From: Geobacteraceae bacterium
GTDB lineage: Bacteria > Desulfobacterota > Desulfuromonadia > Desulfuromonadales > Geopsychrobacteraceae
Direction of reading: 5' to 3'
Assembly (NCBI GenBank): GCA_007125165.1
Contig: SLDV01000075.1
Span: 25,927-89,926 of the forward strand
Length of the DNA stretch: 64,000 bases
Below, piece by piece: positions 9,112 to 20,657 of the stretch. The notes under the pieces were generated by a model that worked only from the letters and a program-made list of their open reading frames with translations, did no database searches and was not told where the DNA came from. Numbering within the stretch: the first letter of the stretch is position 1; the number at the start of each line of letters is the position of its first letter. A program made the translations under genes and the position numbers.

Positions 9112-9881
9112 CACTTCAACCCTTCCAATACAGCAGCGACCTCTTTGCGCAGATCTTCAGCAGAGGAACTTTTTTCAAGACGCAAAAATTGTTCGAAGTG
9201 CTCTACCGCCTCGCGGGTACGATCCTGATCCAGACAGATAGAACCGAGAAGGAAGTAACCCATCGCCACGCTGGGGTCTAGAGCCAACCCTTTAAGGCAG
9301 CACTTTTCTGCCTCTTCCAGTTTGCCGTCTTCGTAAAGCGCGTCGGCCAGATTCAGCAAGGGCTGTGCGTCTTCCGGGTCAAGCTCCGTTGCCTGCTGGT
9401 AGAGACCGATTGCCTCACTCAGCCTGCCCTGCTGTGAGTAAATATCTCCCAGAGCATTCAGCGCAAAGATCATGTCCGGCTCAATCTTCAGTGCGTCCTG
9501 ACATAAGGTTATTGCACCTTCAATGTCGTTTTGGTTTGCCAGAACTATCGCTTTGCAGACCAGAGCCTCTACTTCTTGCGGATCCAGGTCGATGATCTGC
9601 TGATACGTCTGCAGAGCCTGATCAGCAGAACCGGTTTCAAAATAATAATCCCCCAGAGCAAATAGCAGATCTGCATCCTGCGGGAAGGCAACCAGTCCCT
9701 TTTTTAAACATTCATAGGCTTTTTTGGGGGAGTCTGATTCAAAATAGGACTCCACCAGCAACAACCAGGCCTCAACGGATGGATTCTCCCTGATCAACTG
9801 CTCCAAACAATCAATCGCTCTGGGATAATCTCCCTGTTCAAAAGCCAGGGTTGCGAGATCGAACAAATCTGTTTCAGACAT
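9111..9881 (-). CDS. TPR repeat protein
   Basis: 256 aa made of repeated 34-aa TPR units (e.g. AIDCLEQLIRENP, ALQTYQQIIDLDP, AIGLYQQATELDP). Confidence 0.85.
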   Translation of the reverse strand: MSETDLFDLATLAFEQGDYPRAIDCLEQLIRENPSVEAWLLLVESYFESDSPKKAYECLKKGLVAFPQDADLLFALGDYYFETGSADQALQTYQQIIDLDPQEVEALVCKAIVLANQNDIEGAITLCQDALKIEPDMIFALNALGDIYSQQGRLSEAIGLYQQATELDPEDAQPLLNLADALYEDGKLEEAEKCCLKGLALDPSVAMGYFLLGSICLDQDRTREAVEHFEQFLRLEKSSSAEDLRKEVAAVLEGLK

Positions 9882-9893
9882 GACCAGCTCCTG

Positions 9894-10283
9894 TCAGGAT
9901 GGGGTATTGCGAATAACCTCAACCCGATAACCATCGGGATCAGTAACAAAATAAAACCGCGGTTTGCCCTCTGTGAGACCTTTAAGTGGAGTGACTGTCA
10001 AACCCATGTCGGTGTGGCGCTGATGCGAGGCTTCCAGATCATCTGTGGAAACGGCAAGGTGAGAATAACCATTACCAATAACGTAGGGTTCCTGTTGATC
10101 GTAGTTATAGGTCAGTTCAAGCTCGAAGGCCAGCCCCGCGGACTTCAGATAGGAGAGGGTGAACTTCCCTTCCGGATAATCTTTTTTGCGCGAAATCTCA
10201 AAACCGAAAGCTTCCTGATAGAATTTTTCTGATGCTTCAAGATCCATCACCCGATAGCATATGTGAATCATTGGATATTCCAT
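9894..10283 (-). CDS. VOC/glyoxalase I family protein
   Basis: Glyoxalase-like HICYRVMDLEASEKFY..GYSHLAV..DPDGYRVEVI. Start moved to the ATG at 10283, which lies 6 nt after AGGAG. Confidence 0.75.
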   Translation of the reverse strand: MEYPMIHICYRVMDLEASEKFYQEAFGFEISRKKDYPEGKFTLSYLKSAGLAFELELTYNYDQQEPYVIGNGYSHLAVSTDDLEASHQRHTDMGLTVTPLKGLTEGKPRFYFVTDPDGYRVEVIRNTPS

Positions 10284-10352
10284 TCTCATCTCCTTTTTAT
10301 TGTCAGTTTACAATAATTGACAAGCCGTCAACGGCTCATTATAGTCGCTGCA

Positions 10353-11060
10353 ATGAAAGCAATTTTTCTCAGTGATGCTCACCTGCGCGATGCTCAGGAT
10401 GAAAATTATCGTCAGCTCCTGGAACTTCTGAAAGACCAGCAGGATCTCGACGCTCTTTTTCTTCTAGGCGATATTTTTGAGTTCTGGCTGGGCTACAGAC
10501 ATCTGGTTTTTTCCGCCTATGTTCCCCTGTTGGAGCAGTTGCAGCGCCTGGCAGATGGCGGTACCAGACTCTTTTTTGTTGAAGGCAACCATGACTTTTC
10601 CCTTGGCCCCTATTTCAGTGACATCCTTGGTTGCAATATCATCACTGAACAGGAATTGATCCAATGGGACAGTCGCAACATTCTTATCTGCCACGGCGAC
10701 CTTGTCAACCCGACTACGGCCTATTTACGCCTGAGAAAATTCTGGCGCAGCCGCCTCATCAGGGTGATGACGCGCATCATACACCCAGACCCGGTGTGGA
10801 AGCTCGGCCTCTGGCTGAGTGAAAAAAGTCAGCAAAGAAGACCTGCGAACAAAAAGCATGATCCCACCTTGTGGCTTAAGAATTTCGCCACGAACAGGGT
10901 TGCCGACAATTGCGACCTGGTCATCTGCGGCCACTTTCATTTTCCCGTATTTCTTGAAGAACATGATCGGCAGATCATTGCACTTGGCGACTGGCAGACC
11001 CGCCGCTGTTACGCCGAGATGGTTGATGGCCAGATAGCGCTTAAAACCTATCCCGGCTGA
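10353..11060 (+). CDS. lpxH: UDP-2,3-diacylglucosamine diphosphatase-like metallophosphoesterase
   Basis: Motifs FLSDAHL, LLGDIFEFW, VEGNHD, ICGHFH. Track start 10317 is TTG; first ATG (10353) used. Confidence 0.7.
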   Translation: MKAIFLSDAHLRDAQDENYRQLLELLKDQQDLDALFLLGDIFEFWLGYRHLVFSAYVPLLEQLQRLADGGTRLFFVEGNHDFSLGPYFSDILGCNIITEQELIQWDSRNILICHGDLVNPTTAYLRLRKFWRSRLIRVMTRIIHPDPVWKLGLWLSEKSQQRRPANKKHDPTLWLKNFATNRVADNCDLVICGHFHFPVFLEEHDRQIIALGDWQTRRCYAEMVDGQIALKTYPG

Positions 11061-12514
11061 GCCTTATCAAGCTTATGACTGACGGTTTCATCTACTTTAC
11101 GCGCAATCACTGGTTTACCACCGGACTTTTCTCCTGATTCTTTTTCATCGCCAACCTTGTGACTGCGCAGCACGAGATCTTTCAATGTCACAGCATCAAA
11201 TTCCTTATCAATCAGCGCAATAATCTGATCACAGGTTTCCAGAGCAACAGTTGTCTGAGGATGCGGGTGGAGATAGAGCACATCTTCTCCAGCACCGCGC
11301 AAGATGGCATGAATATCAGCAATGCTCAAGCTATCTGAATCACGACCAAGCTGATAACTGGATTGACCGGAGTAGCTGTTTATTTCAGTCACTAATCCAA
11401 GCTGCTCCAGTTGAGTCAGAATCGCACGACATAAACGCGGCGAAACATATAATAATCTGGCCAGTTGCCCTTCTTTAATAGCCGGCTCGCCGCTATAAAA
11501 ACGGTCGGCCAAAGTCACCAGCATGGCCAGGGCAACCTGTTCATAACTGTAACGATTGACCTCATCACCACGCAGTTCACGAGCTCCGGTGCGCAGATTT
11601 TGTTTGGCATAACAGACCCCGAGACCGAACAGCACAATGACCCAGGAGAGATAGAGCCAGATCATGAAGATCGGCAATGCTGCCATAGTACCGTAGATGG
11701 CATTATAACGGGCCACACCAACCTGAAAATGGACATACCCCAACTGGGCAAGCTGCCATAAGGTTCCTCCGACAATCCCCCCGATAAATGCCGCCCGCCA
11801 CTGCACCTTGATGTTGGACATAAAAACATAAAGAAGCGTAAAGGCGAGCCACATGAAAATAAAAGGTGTCACTTTCAAAAACAGAACAATGACAGAACCG
11901 ATCATCTGCATTTCAAGCAGTCGTTGCGTGAAGTTGTGACTTACCAGGGCAGAAGTCATGGAAATAGCGCTGATCAGCAATACCGGGCCAACCAGAATGA
12001 CTGACAGATAATCAGAAAAACGGCGCAACCAGGGTCTGAGTTTCTGTACTCCCCATATATCGTTGAAAGCCTCTTCAATATTTGTCAGGAGAGATACAAC
12101 GGCAATGAGCAGAAAAACCAGGCCGATGGCGCCCATCTGGGCAACCTGGGTGTTGTTGATATAATCGATGATAATATTGGCGATATCTCCATTAACAACA
12201 TTCAGCTTCTCAAGAATCAGCGGTTGTAGCTGATTCTGAACACCAAAAGCCTTGAGCAGAGCAAAGGTCAATGCCAACAAAGGGACCAGCGACAACATGG
12301 TGTAGTATGTCAAGGCGGAAGCACGCAGCAAACATCGGTTGACGTAAAAATCACGAGCAACGAGAACCGCTGTCTGCAGTTGTCGCAACAACGCACGCTT
12401 AACCCAGGTCATTTCTTCCGGGTTCTGTTCCCAGACCAGATGCTTGATGCGTTGCTTCCAGTTATTCTGATCTAATGCCGTCTCTGCCATAAGGTGTCCT
12501 GAAAAAAGAATCAA
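11048..12514 (-). CDS. YihY/BrkB-family membrane protein with C-terminal Rrf2-like winged-helix extension
   Basis: 488 aa. About 6 TM segments of YihY type, then a soluble ~140-aa tail (LARLLYVSPRLCRAILTQLEQLGLVTE..SYQLGRDSDSLSIADIHAILRG). 4-nt overlap with the upstream M16 gene. Confidence 0.75.
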   Translation of the reverse strand: MILFSGHLMAETALDQNNWKQRIKHLVWEQNPEEMTWVKRALLRQLQTAVLVARDFYVNRCLLRASALTYYTMLSLVPLLALTFALLKAFGVQNQLQPLILEKLNVVNGDIANIIIDYINNTQVAQMGAIGLVFLLIAVVSLLTNIEEAFNDIWGVQKLRPWLRRFSDYLSVILVGPVLLISAISMTSALVSHNFTQRLLEMQMIGSVIVLFLKVTPFIFMWLAFTLLYVFMSNIKVQWRAAFIGGIVGGTLWQLAQLGYVHFQVGVARYNAIYGTMAALPIFMIWLYLSWVIVLFGLGVCYAKQNLRTGARELRGDEVNRYSYEQVALAMLVTLADRFYSGEPAIKEGQLARLLYVSPRLCRAILTQLEQLGLVTEINSYSGQSSYQLGRDSDSLSIADIHAILRGAGEDVLYLHPHPQTTVALETCDQIIALIDKEFDAVTLKDLVLRSHKVGDEKESGEKSGGKPVIARKVDETVSHKLDKAQPG

Positions 12515-13923
12515 TCCAGCTCAATAATTACAACGTCAGCGCTCTTATTTTCCAAATCATCTAGCAGTATATCACTGTCCCCGACGAGGACAACGTGGAG
12601 ATTGTCAGGCTGTAGATATCGCCTGGCAACCCGCTGTACATCCTCTGCTGTCAGGGCTTCAATCCGCTCCTGATAAGTCTCAAGATAATCGGCCGGGTAA
12701 GAATAAAAAAGCAGGCGCATTTTTTGGGTTACAACAGAGTGAGTGTTCTCGAATGCAAAAATAAATGAATTGATCAGGCTTCTTTTGGCAGATTCAAGTT
12801 CCTCCGCGGATACCGGTGTCGCTATCATCTCGTCGATCAGATGACGCACCAGGCGCACAACTTCCAGCGCACCGTCGTTTCTTGTTTCTCCGACGATGTT
12901 AAAAAGCTCCGGCAAATAACGTCCGGGCTGAAACTGTGAATAAATTGAGTAGGCCAGCCCGCGATTGGAACGAATTTCACGCATCAGCCGCGAATTGAAA
13001 CCACCACCGCCCAAAATATAGTTGGCCAGTCGTACCGCATGAAGATCAGGGTTATCTTTACTGATGCCACGATGTCCCATCATCAGAGTTGTCTGACTAA
13101 GCTTTCTGTCAACAACATAGGTTGTTGCGATGACAGATTCAGGCAACGCCGGAAACTCATAGTCGACTTTCGCCTGACTGTCCCAGTCGCCAAAATAATG
13201 TGAGAGCAAGGTTAAAAACTGTTCTTCATCAACAGCACCCGACACTCCCCACCACAGACGCTGCGGATGAAAAAAACGTTCATGTACCATGACCAGGTCA
13301 TCGTGTGTCAGGCTTTCCAACGTTTCGATATCAGGCTCTAAACCCAGCGGGTGGCCGGGGTTAACAGCTTGGGCAAGATAGCGTCCGGCAATGGAAGCAG
13401 GACGATCATTCTGCCGATGAACACTTTCGATCAACCGTTGCCGGGCCAGTTCAACACGCCGATCGTCGAAGCGTGGCCGTCGCAGCAAATCCGCAAGAAT
13501 TTCCACGGCTCTATCTAGATCGCGCTGATGAATGGAAAGATCAATCTGATAAGCATAACTGCTGCTGGATACTGCCAGCTCTGCCGCCATCAGATCAAGC
13601 TCCTGTTCAAGCTGTTCAGGAGAGTAGCTTAGCGAACCACCGGTCTCCAGTGCCTGGGAAAAGAGCTGCGCCAGGCCGGTCTTTTCCGGGGGATCATAGA
13701 TACTTCCACCACGAATCATAACAGTTAAATCAACCAACGGAAGCTCATCATCCGGCCTGACGTACAGGTTCATTCCATTGGCAGTCTGATGTTCCGAGAT
13801 ATCAGGAAACGTCAGGACAAGAGGCGGAAAAGTCAACTGGTCCGGTCGCTGTGACGATAAAGCAATCGCGCTATGAACAAAGACAAAAACAGCAGCAAGA
13901 GCAAAAACAGATATCTTTCTCAT
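12511..13923 (-). CDS. M16-family peptidase, non-catalytic-type subunit (secreted)
   Basis: 470 aa. Signal peptide, M16 fold-like sequence, no HxxEH motif. Overlaps the upstream M16 gene by 4 nt. Confidence 0.8.
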   Translation of the reverse strand: MRKISVFALAAVFVFVHSAIALSSQRPDQLTFPPLVLTFPDISEHQTANGMNLYVRPDDELPLVDLTVMIRGGSIYDPPEKTGLAQLFSQALETGGSLSYSPEQLEQELDLMAAELAVSSSSYAYQIDLSIHQRDLDRAVEILADLLRRPRFDDRRVELARQRLIESVHRQNDRPASIAGRYLAQAVNPGHPLGLEPDIETLESLTHDDLVMVHERFFHPQRLWWGVSGAVDEEQFLTLLSHYFGDWDSQAKVDYEFPALPESVIATTYVVDRKLSQTTLMMGHRGISKDNPDLHAVRLANYILGGGGFNSRLMREIRSNRGLAYSIYSQFQPGRYLPELFNIVGETRNDGALEVVRLVRHLIDEMIATPVSAEELESAKRSLINSFIFAFENTHSVVTQKMRLLFYSYPADYLETYQERIEALTAEDVQRVARRYLQPDNLHVVLVGDSDILLDDLENKSADVVIIELD

Positions 13924-15401
13924 TGAACATCTCCCCGACTCAAAGTCGCTATCGTGCGATTGCTGCGTTGCAGATAGCGCTCAGCTACCGCTATCAGGGC
14001 CTGGGAATCGACAGACTTCAGACGGTCTTCATACTCGATCAGATATTTCCAGTCACCGAGAATCTGATAACTTGACAACATACGCGCCAAACCACTGTTG
14101 GTACGCATACCGCGCAACATGGATGTCATGATCTGATGACGGGCTTTTTCTATGTCCGCCGCGGTCAGGGGTTCAGTGATAAGTCGCTGTATTTCCTCAT
14201 CCAGAGCCTTTTCGACCGCCGCCAAAGAAACGTCGCGACGGGGCAACAGGCTGATGATAAAGAGATTGTCGTATCGCGACCCCGGAGCTCTGAACACCCC
14301 GATATCGCTGACCACTTGCTGGTTGACAACCAGCGATTGATACAATCGGGAGGTGCGCCCATGCGCAAGTGCGCGGGCAAGAAGATCAAACGCATAATCA
14401 TCTGAATGCGGCAACGTTGGTTTATGATAGGCAACCATCATACGAGGTTCAGCGTCATAATTGATGTGAATCCGCCGCTCACCCTGCTGCTGCGGTTCCC
14501 TGTCAGAGACCGGCGGTATTTCCGCCACTGTCGGCAGACCACCAAAATAACTCTCGATCAGCGCCAGAGTGTCGGCACTGTCAAAAGCCCCGACCAGAGT
14601 AATAATCATATTAGCGGCATTATAGTAACGATGAAAAAAATCACGAATCAGCGGCAGACTGAACCCTTGTATATCGGAATCCCAGCCAAGAATCGGATGA
14701 CGATAAGGATGAACCTGATAGGCAGTAACCAGAAGGTTTTCATACAGCTTGCCCCCGGGATTGATATCGACGGCGCGGCGACGCTCCTCCTGAACAACAT
14801 CTCGCTCTGTGAAAAATTCACGAAAAACAGCATGTTGAAGGCGGTCAGACTCTATAGCTGCCCAGAGTTCAAGTTTATTGGCCGGCAGATTGATCAGATA
14901 GGTCGTCTGATCTTTACTGGTAAAAGCGTTAAAGCCGACCCCCCCCTGTTCTGCGTAAATCCGGGCGAACTCATCCTTGACAACAAACTCTCGATGCTGC
15001 TGTTGTAACTCATACAGTGTTTCCTGCAGCCGATTAATTTGTTGACGATCGCCGTCAGGGTGAATGTTCAGCCTGGTAATCTTCTCGCCGATCTCTTCTA
15101 TTTTTTTCAATAGTGGTTTTTCCGCTTCGTAGTCGCGTGTTCCAAGAGTTTTTGTACCTTTAAAAAGCATGTGCTCCAACATATGAGCAATACCACGCTG
15201 CTGACTACTTTCATCAACAGAGCCGACCCTGAAGGAAATATATGCAGCAACGGTCGGGGAAGTATGCCGTTCGACCAGCAGAACTGTCAGTCCATTTTCG
15301 AGGCGATGCTCCTGTACCCGCTCACTGAGGCTGCCGGCGATGGCATTGACGGGTACCCATAAAGAAAATAAGAGCAATGAACTTATTAAAAAGCGATACA
15401 T
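13920..15401 (-). CDS. M16-family zinc peptidase (pitrilysin-like, catalytic)
   Basis: 493 aa. Signal peptide. Inverted zinc motif HMLEH in GIAHMLEHMLFKGT. Confidence 0.85.
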   Translation of the reverse strand: MYRFLISSLLLFSLWVPVNAIAGSLSERVQEHRLENGLTVLLVERHTSPTVAAYISFRVGSVDESSQQRGIAHMLEHMLFKGTKTLGTRDYEAEKPLLKKIEEIGEKITRLNIHPDGDRQQINRLQETLYELQQQHREFVVKDEFARIYAEQGGVGFNAFTSKDQTTYLINLPANKLELWAAIESDRLQHAVFREFFTERDVVQEERRRAVDINPGGKLYENLLVTAYQVHPYRHPILGWDSDIQGFSLPLIRDFFHRYYNAANMIITLVGAFDSADTLALIESYFGGLPTVAEIPPVSDREPQQQGERRIHINYDAEPRMMVAYHKPTLPHSDDYAFDLLARALAHGRTSRLYQSLVVNQQVVSDIGVFRAPGSRYDNLFIISLLPRRDVSLAAVEKALDEEIQRLITEPLTAADIEKARHQIMTSMLRGMRTNSGLARMLSSYQILGDWKYLIEYEDRLKSVDSQALIAVAERYLQRSNRTIATLSRGDVQ

Positions 15402-15447
15402 TCAGGTCTTCCTCCTCAATATTTCCGGCAAACCGACTGCAATCAAA

Positions 15448-16353
15448 TCAGTCTGTTTCGAAAAAGCTACTCAATACCGATTCCGTTTCATTGCGCCCGA
15501 TCTCGATCAATTCACGAGCACGCTCGAACTCATAGATAGTACAAACATTTTTAGGGATTTCAATGACGATATCAGGCGTATAAGCGGCCAGTTTCAGGCG
15601 CGCAATAGTTGACTGCATGGCGTCCAGGCTTTTCGAAATGACATCAAAAAAATTCTCATCCTGATGATCATCTTTGTGATTGCCTTTACGTTGTAAGGCT
15701 TCTATAAAATCGATAATCCTCTGATGATAGCTGGTATTTTTGGGACTTTTTGCGCCAATATCAGGTAATGGCTCCGGAATTTTTCGTGACTTGCCACTCA
15801 AGCTGACAGCAATCGTCAAATCTGTGTGATCATGCAACGTTGGTGCAATCGGCACCGGGTTTAATAAACCACCATCCACGAGGGTTTTTCCGTTATAGCT
15901 CATAGCTGAAAAAACTGTTGGAAACGCAATGGAAGCACGTATGGCATCGAACAAGGGGCCACTTGACAACCAGACCTCCTTGTTTTCATCAAGGTCGGTG
16001 GCGACGGCTGTAAAGGAAATCGCTAATTCCTCGATATTGCGGTCACCGATAAGTTCACGTAATGTCGAGATAATCCGTTCCCCTTTAAAAAAGGCCGAGC
16101 CGCTGAAAGAAACGTCCAGCAGTTTGAGTACATCAAACCGGTCCAATGCCGTTACCCACTGGGTATAGGTCGACAGTTGCCCGGCAGCGTATATTCCTCC
16201 GACCAGGGCTCCCATGGATGAGCCGGAGATAGAACGGATCTGATAACCATGCTGTTCCAGTACCTGTATCACGCCAATATGAGCCAAACCTCGGGCACCA
16301 CCACTGCCCAGCACCAGTGATACATTTTTACCGTTCTTGTTTGCCACTAACAT
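15448..16353 (-). CDS. Patatin-like phospholipase
   Basis: GSGGARG oxyanion motif, GSSMG (GxSxG), catalytic Asp in VDGGLLNPVP. Confidence 0.85.
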   Translation of the reverse strand: MLVANKNGKNVSLVLGSGGARGLAHIGVIQVLEQHGYQIRSISGSSMGALVGGIYAAGQLSTYTQWVTALDRFDVLKLLDVSFSGSAFFKGERIISTLRELIGDRNIEELAISFTAVATDLDENKEVWLSSGPLFDAIRASIAFPTVFSAMSYNGKTLVDGGLLNPVPIAPTLHDHTDLTIAVSLSGKSRKIPEPLPDIGAKSPKNTSYHQRIIDFIEALQRKGNHKDDHQDENFFDVISKSLDAMQSTIARLKLAAYTPDIVIEIPKNVCTIYEFERARELIEIGRNETESVLSSFFETD

Positions 16354-16495
16354 CCCCTTTTCGCCAAATGCAGACCAGGTTCTTTTGTTCTCTTAAGGTT
16401 AAACTGTCTGAACACATATTGACAAGTGATCCAGCGTAAACAACATAAAGAAGTTGCAGGGACTGACTTCCACAGTTATATTTCCGACTCGTTGA

Positions 16496-17875
<1,380 letters not shown>

Positions 17876-17884
17876 TCACCCGCC

Positions 17885-17926
17885 CTCTCCGCCTGGACTG
17901 TCGGAGGGGGCGGGTGATTCAGCAGG
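17885..17926. terminator. GC-rich hairpin between convergent purB and the cytochrome gene
   Basis: 16-bp stem tcacccgccctctccg/cggagggggcgggtga with 1 mismatch. The flanking U-tracts are weak, so efficiency is uncertain. Confidence 0.5.
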
Positions 17927-17932
17927 AATAAT

Positions 17933-19243
17933 TCAGGAACGCTCAAAAGTCGAGGAGGCCGTTGCCATCTCGATACTCTCTATCTTTTCTGACTCCGCTC
18001 CTTCGTGAAAATCAAGGGACCCCTGCGACAGGGAGCGATACATCAGGCGCACATCAGCTCGGTAAGAACCGGATCCCGGCAGGGTGATCGTGTAGATCTC
18101 CGTATCTCTCCCCTGTGCGGGAATGCGTCGATCATAGCCAATTTCCTCGGCGAGCCAGCTTTTTCCGGTCAGGTTACCATCACCGTCTTTAAACAGGAGG
18201 CGATAAAAAACCGCGTCCGGGTCAACATGATTTTTATCGTTGACCAGTCCGGACGTATAGACGACCTGATTATTTTCGTCAAAAACCTGAACTTCAAGCC
18301 ACATTTTACGAATGTAGGTCACACCGGTCGGGATTTTATGTCCGGCTCCAACATTGTCAACATGAACAGTCAATTCGAGACCATTTTCCTTAATCTCCGA
18401 CTCAAGACTTAAACGAGCAGCGGCCTTCAGAAATTCGTCGGACATCTGCGCCTGTTGTTCATTCCCCATATTACGTTGGGCCACAACACTGCCACCGACA
18501 AAAGAATGGAAAGCAACGTGGTCCCGCTCCTGTCCGATCGGGCTTGATTTGCCCGGGTTGGAACCGATTCCCGCTGTTGGTGTCATGTGACAGTTCTGGC
18601 AGGTGATTCCCTCTTCAGCGTAGGGTCCGGAGAGCCAGTCATCGTAAGTATCAATAACAGCGACATCGGTGACCGGATGCCTGACATTATGGCAGGAACC
18701 ACAGAAAAGCGCGTCTGTATGATATGCTGAATAAGCAACACCATGATAAGGGGATGAGCCGTCACCACGATTGGCATATTTCATCGACCCGGGATCTGAA
18801 ACGTGTCCCATATTGAATGTTTCTTCAATACCTGTCACTGTGTGACAAAAGTCGCAGGAGACCCCGCGCTTGCTGGTTGCATCGAACTGACTGCCGTCAT
18901 GCGGTGGCAACTGACCGGTCCTGGCCGCAATCGGAGCGTGACAGGCCGCACAAAAAACATCTGTAGCACCGGCAGTTTCGCTGTGGGCAAGCTGGTAGTC
19001 ATCCTGGTACCATTTGTTGTCCCAGGCATAGGCATGCATTGACTTGGACCACTGCTCATAAATGTCCGGGTGACAGGCGATACAAGCTCCGGGATCCTCA
19101 AAGGACCCCGGGGTAAACTGCTGATCTTCAACTGTCAACTGATTCGCAAGGGGGTCATCAGCACTGACGGAAGAAATCGAAAGAAAAAGAGCACAAGCAA
19201 ACACAAAAGTAAAAGCAGTAACAATGTTGAATAACTTACCCAT
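17933..19243 (-). CDS. Multihaem c-type cytochrome (5 CxxCH) with non-haem C-terminal domain
   Basis: CIACH, CAACH, CDFCH, CGSCH, CQNCH. Signal peptide. Start set at ATG 19243, preceded by GGGAGG. Confidence 0.8.
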   Translation of the reverse strand: MGKLFNIVTAFTFVFACALFLSISSVSADDPLANQLTVEDQQFTPGSFEDPGACIACHPDIYEQWSKSMHAYAWDNKWYQDDYQLAHSETAGATDVFCAACHAPIAARTGQLPPHDGSQFDATSKRGVSCDFCHTVTGIEETFNMGHVSDPGSMKYANRGDGSSPYHGVAYSAYHTDALFCGSCHNVRHPVTDVAVIDTYDDWLSGPYAEEGITCQNCHMTPTAGIGSNPGKSSPIGQERDHVAFHSFVGGSVVAQRNMGNEQQAQMSDEFLKAAARLSLESEIKENGLELTVHVDNVGAGHKIPTGVTYIRKMWLEVQVFDENNQVVYTSGLVNDKNHVDPDAVFYRLLFKDGDGNLTGKSWLAEEIGYDRRIPAQGRDTEIYTITLPGSGSYRADVRLMYRSLSQGSLDFHEGAESEKIESIEMATASSTFERS

Positions 19244-19378
19244 AAAACCTCCCAAATCACACCTGGTAGAGACCAATTAAAAACACATATCCTGATCAAT
19301 TTAACAATTATTTGCTGATAAATAAAGAAGATTAGAATATGAATAAATTGAATACCCTGGTGCTTTTTTCCTGCTTTG

Positions 19379-19407
19379 TTACAATCGCCATTTAAAATGG
19401 TTATACT
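19379..19407 (+). promoter_or_regulatory. Candidate sigma-70 promoter for the phosphofructokinase gene
   Basis: TTACAA -17 nt- TATACT, ~40 nt upstream of the ATG at 19447. Confidence 0.3.
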
Positions 19408-19446
19408 GCATCAAATCGAAAACTTTAACAGTACAGGGAGCAAACA

Positions 19447-20643
19447 ATGGCCAACAAAGGAACAATCGGCATTCTTACCGGAGGCGGAGATGTTCCCGGC
19501 CTCAATCCCGCCATCCGGGCGGTAACTATCCGCGCGAAACGGGAAGGATACAGGGTCATCGGCATCCGTCGCGGTTGGGCCGGGCTGGTAGAGATAGCCC
19601 GTGATGAAAAGGCTGACAACAGCGCCAATTTTATTGAACTGACAACAGACATTGTTAATCGTGCCGGCCGTACCGGCGGCACCTTTCTTCACACGTCGCG
19701 TACCCGCCCAAGTCATCTTCCCAAAGCCAACCTGCCGGAACATTTGCGCGCCACCTATACTGACGCCACTAACGACGTAACGCCGGAGGTCCTCAAAAAT
19801 ATTGATTTTCTTGGCCTCGACTTTCTCATCCCGATTGGTGGTGATGACACTTTAAGTTATGCCCAGCGTCTCCACGAAGAAGGCGTCAAGGTCGTTGCCA
19901 TTCCCAAAACCATGGACAATGACGTTCCCGGTACCGACTACTGTATAGGTTTCTCAACCTGCGTCACGCGAACGATCGAACTGACACATCGTTTACGCAC
20001 CTCTGCCGGAAGTCATGAACGTTATCTGGTCATAGAAGTTTTTGGACGCTACGCAGGATTTACCGCACTGCTGCCAACCATGGCCGGAGCTGCCGATCGG
20101 TGCCTGATTCCTGAACACCCGATCAATATGGATCAACTCGCTGAGCTGGCAACAAAGGACCGTAACCGGAATCCAAGTAAATATTCAGTGCTGCTGGTTT
20201 CTGAAGGTGCAGTTTTTAAAGATGTCAAGGAAATGTCATTTGAGAGCACAGAAGCCGACCAGTATGGACACCGCAAACTGGGGGGGATTGGGGACCGGGT
20301 AGCGGAGAAACTCAAGGAACTTTCCCCTATATACAACAACGGGCGCACGATTAATGTCCTGAATCAGCGACTCGGCTATCTGGTTCGTTGCGGGGAACCG
20401 GACGCTCTTGACTCCATGGTGCCTATGGCTTTTGGCAATCTGGCTCTGGATCTGGTGCTTGAGGGCACTTCAGGTCGACTTGTGAGCATCCACAATGGCC
20501 GTTACGACACGGTTCCGATTACCATGGTCACCGGGCAAAAAAAGATCATCGACATTGACCGATACTACAATGTTGACCGTCTACGACCGAAGTATGAATC
20601 CTTTATGCACCAGCCGCTCTTTATTATGACGGGCGACCATTGA
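19447..20643 (+). CDS. 6-phosphofructokinase (PFK family; ATP vs PPi dependence not resolvable here)
   Basis: 398 aa. GILTGGGDVPGLN, IPIGGDDTLSYA, PKTMDNDV motifs. Confidence 0.85.
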   Translation: MANKGTIGILTGGGDVPGLNPAIRAVTIRAKREGYRVIGIRRGWAGLVEIARDEKADNSANFIELTTDIVNRAGRTGGTFLHTSRTRPSHLPKANLPEHLRATYTDATNDVTPEVLKNIDFLGLDFLIPIGGDDTLSYAQRLHEEGVKVVAIPKTMDNDVPGTDYCIGFSTCVTRTIELTHRLRTSAGSHERYLVIEVFGRYAGFTALLPTMAGAADRCLIPEHPINMDQLAELATKDRNRNPSKYSVLLVSEGAVFKDVKEMSFESTEADQYGHRKLGGIGDRVAEKLKELSPIYNNGRTINVLNQRLGYLVRCGEPDALDSMVPMAFGNLALDLVLEGTSGRLVSIHNGRYDTVPITMVTGQKKIIDIDRYYNVDRLRPKYESFMHQPLFIMTGDH

Positions 20644-20657
20644 ACATTACACTAAGC

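Noticed and set aside
19277-19446. Sigma-54 promoter (GG-N10-GC) that could be the target of the adjacent NtrC-type regulator
   Set aside because: The best candidate, tGGtgcttttttcctGCt, has 12-nt spacing rather than 10. No convincing -24/-12 element was found here or upstream of the PxxKW gene.
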